From: Gemmatimonadaceae bacterium
GTDB taxonomy: Bacteria > Gemmatimonadota > Gemmatimonadetes > Gemmatimonadales > Gemmatimonadaceae
Length of the DNA: 64,000 nucleotides
Assembly (NCBI GenBank): GCA_040901985.1
Contig: JBBDYC010000011.1
Coordinates: forward strand, 36,897 to 100,896
Direction of reading: 5' to 3'
Shown here: positions 9,613 to 19,926 of the stretch, in pieces
Numbering within the stretch: position 1 is the stretch's first letter
Layout of the letters: each line of letters opens with the position of its first letter
Made by a program: the position numbers and the translations under genes
The notes under the pieces: model-generated
Database searches by the model: none
What the model was told of the DNA's origin: nothing
What the model saw: only the letters and a program-made list of their open reading frames with translations

Positions 9613-10070
9613 TGACGCCTCACGATTCCTGTGGCCGTGCGGGACACCACGGTGGTGGCCCCGGCACCGGACAGCGTTATGCGGATGCCGGCATCCGAGC
9701 GCCCGTTCGGGAAGATCGTGATCCCGCCGGCCGGATTGATGCTGATGTTCGCCCGCAGGTCGAACGTCGGGCCGAAGTTGCGTTGCTTGAGGACCGTGCC
9801 GGTGGACCGCTCGACAATCTGCAGGGCCGTGCCGCTCAGCTGGACGTCCACCGGTACCCGCTGGCGAACCGCGAGCGCCGAGGCTTCGCTGAGCATCCCC
9901 TGGGCCACGTTCGCCGACCGGATGACCCGGTCGCGGGCAATCTGCTGGCCAATCGAGTTGGCCGAGATCGCCACGAGGATCCCGACCAACGAGACCACGA
10001 CCAGCAACTCGATGAGCGAGAAGCCGGGACGCTGACGCCTGGTGTACGGGATGGGTAATTGTGCGGCCAC
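9609..10070 (-). CDS. Prepilin, FimT/GspH-like minor pilin
   Basis: RPG|FSLIELLVVV, ITIFPNG, GIVR C-terminus; GGAG RBS. Confidence 0.85.
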   Translation of the reverse strand: MAAQLPIPYTRRQRPGFSLIELLVVVSLVGILVAISANSIGQQIARDRVIRSANVAQGMLSEASALAVRQRVPVDVQLSGTALQIVERSTGTVLKQRNFGPTFDLRANISINPAGGITIFPNGRSDAGIRITLSGAGATTVVSRTATGIVRRQ

Positions 10071-10144
10071 TGTGCACTCCTTGATGTTCTATCAATATGG
10101 ACGACCGGCGCCCCCCGCCAGTCAGCCCACTCACAGTGTGACGG

Positions 10145-11173
10145 TCAATCCGCCAGGGTGCCAGTCTCGAGCTGGTGACGCGCCTCACCAAGCACCCGGG
10201 CCTCGACCTCGGCGAGCGTCCCCGCGACCAGGGCGCCCGAGGCCCGGGCGTGACCCCCGCCGCCGAAGCTCCGGGCCAGCGTATTCACGTTCACCCCGGC
10301 CAAACTACGGAACGACACCTTCACCCGGCCGTGCCCGAGGTCACGGAACAGCACGGCCAGCCGGACCCCGGCGATGGTCCGCGGATACTCCGAGATTCCG
10401 TCGAGGTCCTCGCTCGATACGCCGTGCCGCTCCAGCGCCCCGGCGTGGATCCGCACCCAGGCCATCCCGTGCGCCATATCCACCTCCAGGGTGTCCAGCG
10501 CGTCGCGGAGCAGATGGAGCCGGCCCAACGGCACGCTCCCGTAGATCCGCGCGTACATCTGCTCCGGGTCCACGCCCGCCGTGAGGAGCTCGGCCGCAAT
10601 CGCGAGGCAGCGGGGCGAAGTATTCCCGAACCTGAAGCCGCCTGTGTCCGTGATGAGCGCCGTGTAGAGGGAGCGGGCAATGGCCGCGGTGATCGTCAAA
10701 CCTCGCTCGCGCGCAAAGTCGAACACCAGCTCGGCGGTGGCGCAGGCCGCGGTATCGCTCAGCATCGTGCGCCCGGGGGGCTCGTGCCCCGGGAGATGGT
10801 GGTCAATCACCAGCGCGTCCTCGGGAAGCGCACGCACGGCATCGGCGAGTCCGCCGAGCCGCCCGATGTCGCTGATGTCAAGGACGATCAGGCGGTCAAC
10901 CTCCGCGAGCGCCTGGGCGCCCTCCGCCGAGCGATCCTCGACGTCGTCGCCGAGCAGCCAGCGGAAGAGCTCGGGCCAGGGCGTCGGGTTCACGATGAAG
11001 GCGCGCACCCCCATCTGGCCAAGCAGTCGGGCCAGCGCGGTCTGCGAGCCACAGCCGTCGCCGTCGGCATTGATGTGGGTGGAGAGCGCGACCGTCATCC
11101 CCGGCCGGATCGAGGCGGCGATGCGACCGATGGCCTCGCGCCGTGCCGTCGGGACCTGGAGCAGATCGGTCAT
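10145..11173 (-). CDS. nrnA: DHH/DHHA1 phosphoesterase (NrnA-like)
   Basis: HINADGD, IDHH, TDTGGFR, SFRS, GGGHARASG. Confidence 0.9.
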   Translation of the reverse strand: MTDLLQVPTARREAIGRIAASIRPGMTVALSTHINADGDGCGSQTALARLLGQMGVRAFIVNPTPWPELFRWLLGDDVEDRSAEGAQALAEVDRLIVLDISDIGRLGGLADAVRALPEDALVIDHHLPGHEPPGRTMLSDTAACATAELVFDFARERGLTITAAIARSLYTALITDTGGFRFGNTSPRCLAIAAELLTAGVDPEQMYARIYGSVPLGRLHLLRDALDTLEVDMAHGMAWVRIHAGALERHGVSSEDLDGISEYPRTIAGVRLAVLFRDLGHGRVKVSFRSLAGVNVNTLARSFGGGGHARASGALVAGTLAEVEARVLGEARHQLETGTLAD

Positions 11174-11206
11174 CGCGTGGACCCTCGCCCGGCGCCGCGC
11201 CGCATC

Positions 11207-12721
<1,515 letters not shown>

Positions 12722-13141
12722 TCAGGGCGTCGGCTTCTCGCCGGAGGGCGGCGGCGGGGTGCTCGGCGGGGTGCTCGGCGGGGTGCTCGGCGGGGTGCTC
12801 GGCGGGGTGCTCGGCGGTCTCGCGCCGCCGCTCTCCCGCGGTCGCGAGCTGCCGACGAGGTCGCTCGCCACCGAGGCGCCGGCGGCAGCCACGCCATTGA
12901 GCACGCCCATCGCCTTGCCCATCAGGCCCATCGCCTCGGCCACCGCCGACGCCGAGACGTTCCCGGCGCGGAGCGTGTCCTCGACGCCTTCGGCGAAACG
13001 CTGGAAGACGTTCGGGCCGGGCGACTTGCGCTCGGCGAATCGCGAGTCGAGGAACTCGATGTAGTCGAGCACCTGGTACACCTTGTCCTCGGGGAGCGTC
13101 TCGAGGTGGCGGAGGATGCGGTCCTTCAGGAGCTCGTGCAT
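12722..13141 (-). CDS. Hypothetical protein (DUF2281-like N-terminus) with Pro-rich tail
   Basis: [19 protein letters not shown] motif; C-terminal (PPST)5. Confidence 0.7.
   Translation of the reverse strand: MHELLKDRILRHLETLPEDKVYQVLDYIEFLDSRFAERKSPGPNVFQRFAEGVEDTLRAGNVSASAVAEAMGLMGKAMGVLNGVAAAGASVASDLVGSSRPRESGGARPPSTPPSTPPSTPPSTPPSTPPPPSGEKPTP
12753..12812. repeat. Perfect 12-bp tandem repeat (GGCGGGGTGCTC)x5 in coding sequence
   Basis: Read directly from the sequence; encodes STPP repeats. Confidence 0.95.
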
Positions 13142-13192
13142 AAGCCTGGGCGTGGGAAGGATGATCTTACCCGTGATGCGGCCCAGCGGTAG

Positions 13193-14101
13193 TCACCACC
13201 GCACGCGACTGCCCCGGGTGTCCACGTGTATGAACGTGCCGCCGGCCGCCGTGTTTCGGTACAGCCCCGTTCCACCCACCAGATCCGGATAGTTGGACTC
13301 CACGCGGTCAACCGCCTCGAGGAAGACCCGGGCGTCGAGGTGGTCGGACCGGCCGTCCCGGTTGAGGTCGTCCATCCGGCCGTCGCCATCAACGTCCACG
13401 ATCACGTCGGCGGCATCGCCGTACTGATGGCGACTTTCGGTCGAGAGCGCCGAGCGGGCGCCACGGGCGTTGGCCCTGGGGGTCCGGAAACCCGAGAGCA
13501 CGGTCAGGCCGCTCACGGCGTGGCCCGCCATCCGGAGCTCGTCAATGATGAGCTCGAGCTTGTCCACGAGCCGGGGGTCGAGCACGAGGGGCTTCGGCCA
13601 GATCTCGACTTGGTCGCGGTTGAGGAAGTCGCGGAGCCGGAAATGGGTGGAGATCCGGATGTCCTGATTCTCCTCGGTGACCTCGATGAACCCCGGCGGG
13701 ACGTCGTACGCGGGCGAGCGCGGCTGTCGCGCCTCGGCCGGCCATCGCCCGACGCGGTAGATGCCCACGCGATCGTCGTGCTTGGCGGCGAATGGCACGA
13801 GACTGATGAAGTGGAACGGCTCGTCGGTGCTGGAGTCGCGCACCGCCAACAGCGTCAGGCGCCTGCTGGGCGCCTGCAGGAGTTCGGGCGCCGGCTGACC
13901 CTGGGCCTCCGGCGGGACAATCCGGGCCTTCAGGCGGCCGCTACGGCCGCGAAGCGAGTCGGGGATGGCCAGCTTGGGGTCGTCAGGCGAGCGCCGTGGC
14001 TCGGCACTCCTGAGGCTACCGCCACCGACGCTGATCACGAGGCCCGCCGCAATCAGGGCCACTCGGAGGAGCCGGAGGGGATGCAGTACTGGTTCGGTCA
14101 T
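13193..14101 (-). CDS. Exported peptidase M15-family (LAS metallopeptidase) protein
   Basis: SGFRTP...SRHQYGDAAD...FIHVDTRG zinc motifs; DVDGDGRMDDLNRDG Ca-binding-type loops; signal peptide. Confidence 0.85.
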   Translation of the reverse strand: MTEPVLHPLRLLRVALIAAGLVISVGGGSLRSAEPRRSPDDPKLAIPDSLRGRSGRLKARIVPPEAQGQPAPELLQAPSRRLTLLAVRDSSTDEPFHFISLVPFAAKHDDRVGIYRVGRWPAEARQPRSPAYDVPPGFIEVTEENQDIRISTHFRLRDFLNRDQVEIWPKPLVLDPRLVDKLELIIDELRMAGHAVSGLTVLSGFRTPRANARGARSALSTESRHQYGDAADVIVDVDGDGRMDDLNRDGRSDHLDARVFLEAVDRVESNYPDLVGGTGLYRNTAAGGTFIHVDTRGSRVRW

Positions 14102-14247
14102 TCATTCAAATCAAGGACGAGCGGTCACCCCCGAGGTGGAGTGGCGCCCTGTTCTCAACAATCAGACGAATGATAGCTTTGCCCGGATTCACAACGAAAG
14201 GGGCAAATCGCTGACCGTTCGGATAATTTAATTTACTGACCGAATGG

Positions 14248-15288
14248 TCAGCGCGCTACGATTGAGAGAAGATCGAGCACAGGAACGCCCGTCGGCTCCG
14301 AGCGCCCAGCCCTTACCCGAGCGGTCAGGAGTACCCGAGCGAGTGGCGGAATCGCCCGCGCCTCGGCGAGCAGGGAGGGCGGAACCGCGAGGTAGAGAAT
14401 CGCGTCCTCGCCCTCCGGTCCCATCGCCAGCAGGAACGGCTCTTCCGGTGCGAGGTCCCGCCGCAACGGGTCCGCGGTCTGCAGCCCAACCACCTGCACC
14501 CGCCAGCGTACCACCCGGCCGCGGGTGCCCTCGGGATCGAGCCGGAGTTCGGCCGCCGAGAGCGTCGAGGCGTATGTGCTGTCCGCGGGCACGAGGAGGG
14601 ATTCGGCGACCCAGGCCTCCAGGCGCACCTTTGCCCAGCCCCGATCACGCGCCTGGACATCCACGATGGTGCCCGGCTCGAGTGCCCCAAGCAGGGCTCC
14701 GTTCGGGGCGGATCGGAGCGCCGCGGCGGTGTCGGCGCGCATCGCGCCCGGCCGCGGGGGCGTTTCGGGGGCAGCCGCCGGCGCGCGCGGCACTGTGGGC
14801 GACGGGACGGGTGGCGTAGTGGGCGACGTTGGCGGTCTGGTCGGAGGGCTCGCCGCCGCCGTGGTGGCCGGCACGAGTGCACCGGCCGGCGCCCAGACGC
14901 CGCGACGGATCCGCGCCCAGGTGCCGCGTCGCTCGGTCACGTGCAGGCCGGCGCCGGCCCGAAACTCGCCGAGGATGCGGCCGTTGAGCGAGGGTTCCCC
15001 GCGGATCCGCAGGATGTCCGAGCCGCCGATCGTCTGCGGGAACGAGTCGCGCCCCGCCGTGAAGCGCGACGCCTCGACCCACCCTTCGATCGTCACGAAC
15101 GTCCAGCCGCCGCGCGTCGCGCCAACGGCCCACGTGGTGCCGCTTCGCAGCGTCGCCACGACATTCCCGGTGGGGGCCGAGCGCACCTCGGTGTCGGCGG
15201 TGAATCGCCGCTGTGCGTGGAGCGACGGCGCGGTCGCCACGAGCAACAGCAGGGCGAGCGCTGGACGGGAGGAACGCAGGAGGTGCAT
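14248..15288 (-). CDS. Exported protein with repeated bacterial SH3-like domains
   Basis: Three repeats of the RSAP-G...GW..V...GWV type and a Pro-rich linker; start codon uncertain. Confidence 0.7.
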   Translation of the reverse strand: MHLLRSSRPALALLLLVATAPSLHAQRRFTADTEVRSAPTGNVVATLRSGTTWAVGATRGGWTFVTIEGWVEASRFTAGRDSFPQTIGGSDILRIRGEPSLNGRILGEFRAGAGLHVTERRGTWARIRRGVWAPAGALVPATTAAASPPTRPPTSPTTPPVPSPTVPRAPAAAPETPPRPGAMRADTAAALRSAPNGALLGALEPGTIVDVQARDRGWAKVRLEAWVAESLLVPADSTYASTLSAAELRLDPEGTRGRVVRWRVQVVGLQTADPLRRDLAPEEPFLLAMGPEGEDAILYLAVPPSLLAEARAIPPLARVLLTARVRAGRSEPTGVPVLDLLSIVAR

Positions 15289-15391
15289 CGCTGGTTGGGG
15301 GGCGTGAGCGGGCATAGATTGCGCGAGCAGTCGTGCCGCACCGTCGCGCGACGCTTCGTCGAAGGTATACCCCTCACACAACACGGCCAAG

Positions 15392-16948
15392 ATGGCTTCC
15401 CCCGTGGATCGCCCCGTCGTCCTCGTCGTGCTCGACGGGTGGGGCCACCGCGCGAGCACCGAAGGCAACGCGATCGCACTGGCTCGGACGCCGACGTGGG
15501 ATCGCCTCTGGGCGCGCGCGCCACGAACGCTGCTCAACGCCAGCGGGCGCGCGGTGGGGCTCCCCGAGGGCCAGATGGGGAACAGCGAGGTGGGGCATCT
15601 CAACCTCGGCGCCGGCCGCGTGGTGCTGCAGGACCTCGTCCGGATCGGCGAGAGCATCGCCAGCGGCGCGTTCTACGCGAACGGCGCGCTGCGCGCCGCC
15701 TGCGCTGCCGTGCGGGCGTCGGGCGCCACGCTCCACCTCGTCGGGCTCGTCGGCGACGGCGGCGTCCACGCGCACGACCAGCATCTCCTCGCGCTCGTCG
15801 AGCTGGCCCACCGGGAGCGCGTGCCGCGCGTGGCGCTCCACCTCCTCCTTGACGGCCGCGACACGCTCCCGACATCGGCGCCGGGCTTTGTGCGGGCGCT
15901 GCTCGGTGCGACCGCCGGTCGCGCCGAGGTCGCCAGCATCGGCGGCCGCTACTTTGGGATGGACCGCGACAAGCGCTGGCCGCGCACCGAGAAGTGGTAC
16001 GCCGCCGCGGTGCGCGGCACGGGCCCGTCGCACACCGACCCGCTCGCCTACATCGCCGAGCACCACGCGCGCGGCGTGACCGACGAGTTCCAGGAGCCGG
16101 CGGTCATCGTCCGCGACGGCCGGCCGCTCGCCCCGATGCGCGATGGCGATGCGGTCATCACCTGGAATTTCAGGTCGGACCGGATGCGGCAGATCGTGCG
16201 CGCGCTCACGCAGGACGGCTTCGATGGCTTCGACGTGCGCGACCGGCCGGCGCTGCAGGTCACGACGATGACGCAGTACGACCAGACCTTCGGCCTGCCG
16301 ATTGCCTTTGAGCCCTTCTCGATGGCGCGCATCGTCGCCGAGGTGCTCGCCGACGCGGGGATGACGACGCTCCGCACCGCGGAGACGGAGAAGTACCCGC
16401 ACGTGACGTACTTCTTCAACGGGGGCAACGAGGTGCCGTACCCCGGCGAGGAGCGAATCCTGGTCCCGAGCCAACAGGTCGCCACCTACGACCTGATGCC
16501 GGAGATGAGCGCGCCGGGTATCACCGACGTCCTTTGTCGGGCGATCGAGACCCGGTCGCACCACTTCACGCTCTGCAACTACGCCAACGGCGATATGGTC
16601 GGCCACAGCGGAAACCTCGACGCGACGATTCGCGCCTGCGAGGTGGTGGACGCCCAGCTCACCAAGGTGATTGCGTCGGCGGCGAAGGCGGGCGCACGAC
16701 TCTTGATCACCGCCGACCACGGCAACTGCGAGATGATGCTCGACCCCGCGACGGGCGGCCCGCACACGGCCCACACCACGAACCCGGTGCCCTTCCTGCT
16801 CGTCGAGGACGGCGTGCCGGCGACACTGCCGCTCCGTGCCGGTGGGGCGCTCTGCGACGTGGGACCTACCGCGCTGGCGATGTTGGGGCTCGAACCACCG
16901 GCCGAGATGACCGGCCATGACCTGCGACCCATTGGAGTGACTGCGTGA
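15392..16948 (+). CDS. gpmI: 2,3-bisphosphoglycerate-independent phosphoglycerate mutase
   Basis: VLDGWG, GQMGNSEVGH, AETEKYPHVT, DMVGH, TADHGN. Confidence 0.98.
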   Translation: MASPVDRPVVLVVLDGWGHRASTEGNAIALARTPTWDRLWARAPRTLLNASGRAVGLPEGQMGNSEVGHLNLGAGRVVLQDLVRIGESIASGAFYANGALRAACAAVRASGATLHLVGLVGDGGVHAHDQHLLALVELAHRERVPRVALHLLLDGRDTLPTSAPGFVRALLGATAGRAEVASIGGRYFGMDRDKRWPRTEKWYAAAVRGTGPSHTDPLAYIAEHHARGVTDEFQEPAVIVRDGRPLAPMRDGDAVITWNFRSDRMRQIVRALTQDGFDGFDVRDRPALQVTTMTQYDQTFGLPIAFEPFSMARIVAEVLADAGMTTLRTAETEKYPHVTYFFNGGNEVPYPGEERILVPSQQVATYDLMPEMSAPGITDVLCRAIETRSHHFTLCNYANGDMVGHSGNLDATIRACEVVDAQLTKVIASAAKAGARLLITADHGNCEMMLDPATGGPHTAHTTNPVPFLLVEDGVPATLPLRAGGALCDVGPTALAMLGLEPPAEMTGHDLRPIGVTA

Positions 16949-17655
16949 TTCGTCGGACCTTCGGAGCCGTGGCGCTCCTGCTTGCGACCTTCCTCGCCCG
17001 ACCGCTCTCCGCCCAGGACGTGATCGGGCATCTCCCAGACGAGAGCCCGTACCGCGACGCCAGCGGCCGGCACGCGTTCTCGCTCCAGGCGGGGTGGCTC
17101 ATCCCGGGGAGGGACCCGGCGGGGGTGGGACCGCACGCCGGAATGCTCCTCGCCGGCCTCTATGAGTATGACGTGACCGGGCCGCTGCGCCTGACGGCGG
17201 GGGCCGGGATTGCCCCGACGCTGCGTCGCGACGTCAAGGATCCGTTGGTCACCGGACCGGCCCGCGATGCGGGCACACGCGAGGAACCCCTCTTTTACCT
17301 CGACGGCGGACTCCTGCTCGCCCTCAGTGGCGAGAAGACTTGGCGGGGCTTCGCGCCGCGGGCGCGCACCGGCGTCGGCCTCGTCGCCTCGCTCCAGCCG
17401 GACTACGACCTCGGCGGCTACCGCTTCGGACCGAAGTTCATCCTCTCCTACGGGCTCGGCACGGGCTACGTCATCAGCCCGCGGTGGCAGTTGAACGCCG
17501 ATCTCACCCACGCGTTCTGGAAGATGCACTACCCCTCCGCGTACAACGACGATGGGAGCAGCGTGGAGCCGAGCATCGTCGGCAAGGGCAAGCTCGACCC
17601 GTGGAACGGCAACCTGATGCTGACGTTCGGCCTCACCCGCATCGGCGGCCGCTGA
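16945..17655 (+). CDS. Hypothetical exported protein, probable outer-membrane beta-barrel
   Basis: Signal peptide and alternating amphipathic strands; GTGA-coupled to gpmI. Confidence 0.6.
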   Translation: MIRRTFGAVALLLATFLARPLSAQDVIGHLPDESPYRDASGRHAFSLQAGWLIPGRDPAGVGPHAGMLLAGLYEYDVTGPLRLTAGAGIAPTLRRDVKDPLVTGPARDAGTREEPLFYLDGGLLLALSGEKTWRGFAPRARTGVGLVASLQPDYDLGGYRFGPKFILSYGLGTGYVISPRWQLNADLTHAFWKMHYPSAYNDDGSSVEPSIVGKGKLDPWNGNLMLTFGLTRIGGR

Positions 17656-17659
17656 CGCA

Positions 17660-18073
17660 ATGCGCGCCTCGCTCACGCGCCGGATCACCTTCTCGGCCGG
17701 CCATCGCTACCACCGGCCCGACTGGGACGACGCGCGGAACGAGGCCGTCTTCGGCAGCTGCGTGCGCCCGCACGGGCACACCTACGTGGTGGACGTGACG
17801 GTGAGCGGGCCGGTGGATCCGCTCACGGGGTTCTGCGCCGACCTCGGCGCCCTCGACCGGGCCCTGCGAACAGCCGTCGTCGAGCGCCTCGACCATCGCG
17901 ACCTCGTGCGTGATGTGGCCGAGTTCGCCGAGGGCGAGCAAATTCCGACGGACGAGAACCTCGCCTGGTGGATCGCGCGCGCCGTGCAGGACGCGCTCGG
18001 CGCGTCGCCGCGTGTCTCGCGCGTCCGGGTGGCCGAGGAGCCGGGACTCTGGGCCGAGGTGGAGCCGACGTGA
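17660..18073 (+). CDS. queD: 6-carboxytetrahydropterin synthase / PTPS family
   Basis: FSAGHR, CVRPHGH, LDHRDL, PTDENLA. Confidence 0.8.
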   Translation: MRASLTRRITFSAGHRYHRPDWDDARNEAVFGSCVRPHGHTYVVDVTVSGPVDPLTGFCADLGALDRALRTAVVERLDHRDLVRDVAEFAEGEQIPTDENLAWWIARAVQDALGASPRVSRVRVAEEPGLWAEVEPT

Positions 18074-18801
18074 GCGACGCGCGCGAGGGCACCGCCAGCC
18101 TCGACGCGGTGGACGAGGTCCCGGTCTGGCTCGAGGTGAATGGGCAGCCCGCGGTGACCTGGATGTGTACGCCCGAGCAGCTCCCCGAGCTCGTCGTCGG
18201 CTGGTGCTACGGCGAGGGCTACATTGACAGCAAGGCCGACCTCCTCTCGCTGCGACCGTGTGCGAAGGAGCCGGGGTTCTGGGTGACGGTGCCGGAGGCG
18301 CGGTACCAGACGGTCGAGGGCCAGGAGCGCCGTCGCGTGCTCGCCTCGGGGTGCGGCGCGGTGACGACGATCCTCGGCTCGCTCTCGAGCGTCCCGCGGC
18401 GCACTGCGCGCCCGCCGATTCCCGACCTCGCCCGCACCCGTGCGCTGTTCAAGGAACTCTTTGCGCGCGGTGAGCGCTACCACTCCACCGGTGGCATCCA
18501 CGCGGCGGCGCTCACCGACGGCGTCACGCTGCTCACGCACGCCGAGGACATCGGCCGCCACAATGCGGTGGACAAGGTGCTCGGCGCGCGGATTCTCGCC
18601 GGCGAGCGTCCGGACGACCTGGTGTTGCTGGTGACGGGGCGGATTTCCGGCGAGTTGGCGTTCAAGGCGGCGCGCGCGCGGATCGCGGTGGTCGCGACGC
18701 CGTCGGTGCCATCGTCAATCGCGGTCGAGATCGCCCACGCGGCGGGGATGGTGCTGATCGGGCGCGCGGTGTCGGGGACTCCGCAGGTCTGGCAGCAATG
18801 A
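18070..18801 (+). CDS. fdhD: Formate dehydrogenase accessory sulfurtransferase FdhD
   Basis: SGCG, TGGIHAAAL, EDIGRHNAVDK, TGRISGE. Confidence 0.92.
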   Translation: MSDAREGTASLDAVDEVPVWLEVNGQPAVTWMCTPEQLPELVVGWCYGEGYIDSKADLLSLRPCAKEPGFWVTVPEARYQTVEGQERRRVLASGCGAVTTILGSLSSVPRRTARPPIPDLARTRALFKELFARGERYHSTGGIHAAALTDGVTLLTHAEDIGRHNAVDKVLGARILAGERPDDLVLLVTGRISGELAFKAARARIAVVATPSVPSSIAVEIAHAAGMVLIGRAVSGTPQVWQQ

Positions 18802-19406
18802 CGTGCACCGGCGTGATCCTCGCCGGCGGCGGGGCGACGCGGTTCGGCGGGCTGCCGAAGGGGCTCGAGCGCGTCGGCGGCGCGCGCATCATTGACCGGG
18901 TGGCGGCGGCGCTCCGGGCGGTGAGCGACGAGCTGCTGCTGGTCGCCAATGCGCCGGACGCGGCGGAGTGGCTCCCCGGCGTGCGGACCGTGCGCGATGT
19001 GCGCACCGGCGCGGGCGCCCTCGGCGGCCTGCACGCGGCGCTCACGCACGCGGCGACGCCGATCCTCCTCGTGGCGTGGGATATGCCGTTCGTCCCGGCG
19101 CCGTTGCTGCGCGCGCTGCGCGAGCGCGGCGAGCGCGGCGCGGACGCCGTCCTCCCGGAGAGCGACGGCTCACGGCGCGGCGTGGAGCCGCTCTGCGCCT
19201 GGTACGCGCCGCGGTGCCTGGGCGCAATCGAGGCCGCGCTCGACGCCGGTGATCGTCGCGTGATTGCGTTCCACGACCGCGTCACCGTCGAACGGCTCGA
19301 CGTCGCCGCGGTGCGCGCGTTCGGTGACCCGTCGCTGATGTTCCGCAACGTGAACACGCCCGACGACCTCGCGGCGGCGGTCGCGGTGGAGGCGCCCGGT
19401 GCCTGA
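18798..19406 (+). CDS. mobA: Molybdenum cofactor guanylyltransferase
   Basis: ILAGGGATRFGG..K, DMPF, EPLCAWY, FRNVNTPDD. Confidence 0.92.
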   Translation: MTCTGVILAGGGATRFGGLPKGLERVGGARIIDRVAAALRAVSDELLLVANAPDAAEWLPGVRTVRDVRTGAGALGGLHAALTHAATPILLVAWDMPFVPAPLLRALRERGERGADAVLPESDGSRRGVEPLCAWYAPRCLGAIEAALDAGDRRVIAFHDRVTVERLDVAAVRAFGDPSLMFRNVNTPDDLAAAVAVEAPGA

Positions 19407-19926
19407 GACGCCGCCGATGCTTTGCGTGGTCGGCCGCAAGCACGCCGGCAAGACGACGCTCGTCGTGCAGCTGACCGCTGAGCTGACGCGGCGCGGCCAT
19501 CGCGTGATGACGCTCAAGCACGGCTCGCACACGTTCAATCTCGATCCGGCCGCGACCGACACGTATCGCCATTACCACGAGGGGAACGCCGAGCGCGTGG
19601 CGATGGCCTCGCCCGACAAGTTCGCGCTGGTGCAACGTTGGGAGCGCGAACTCGCGCCGGAGGAGATCGCGGCGCGGTACCTCGCCGACGCCGACGTCGT
19701 GATCGGCGAGGGGTTCAAGGCGTCGGCGCTGCCGAAGATCGAGATCCATCGCGCGGCGGCACACGCCGCGCCACTCTGGACGCCGACAATCGCGCAGGCC
19801 GCGACGTGGCGCGCGCTGCTGACCGACGCGCCAACGCCGGGCTTCCCGGGTACCGAGTTTGACCTCACGGACCCGGACTGGCTCAACCTGGTGGCGGATT
19901 GGACCGAAGCGGAGATCGTGCGATGA
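19399..19926 (+). CDS. mobB: Molybdopterin-guanine dinucleotide biosynthesis protein B
   Basis: GRKHAGKTT P-loop, LKH, EGFK...PKIEI. Confidence 0.9.
   Translation: MPETPPMLCVVGRKHAGKTTLVVQLTAELTRRGHRVMTLKHGSHTFNLDPAATDTYRHYHEGNAERVAMASPDKFALVQRWERELAPEEIAARYLADADVVIGEGFKASALPKIEIHRAAAHAAPLWTPTIAQAATWRALLTDAPTPGFPGTEFDLTDPDWLNLVADWTEAEIVR

Noticed and set aside
14102..14247. c-di-AMP or c-di-GMP riboswitch upstream of the peptidase
   Set aside because: Only fragmentary matches (GGCAAA, TGAATCC); the conserved architecture is not evident.
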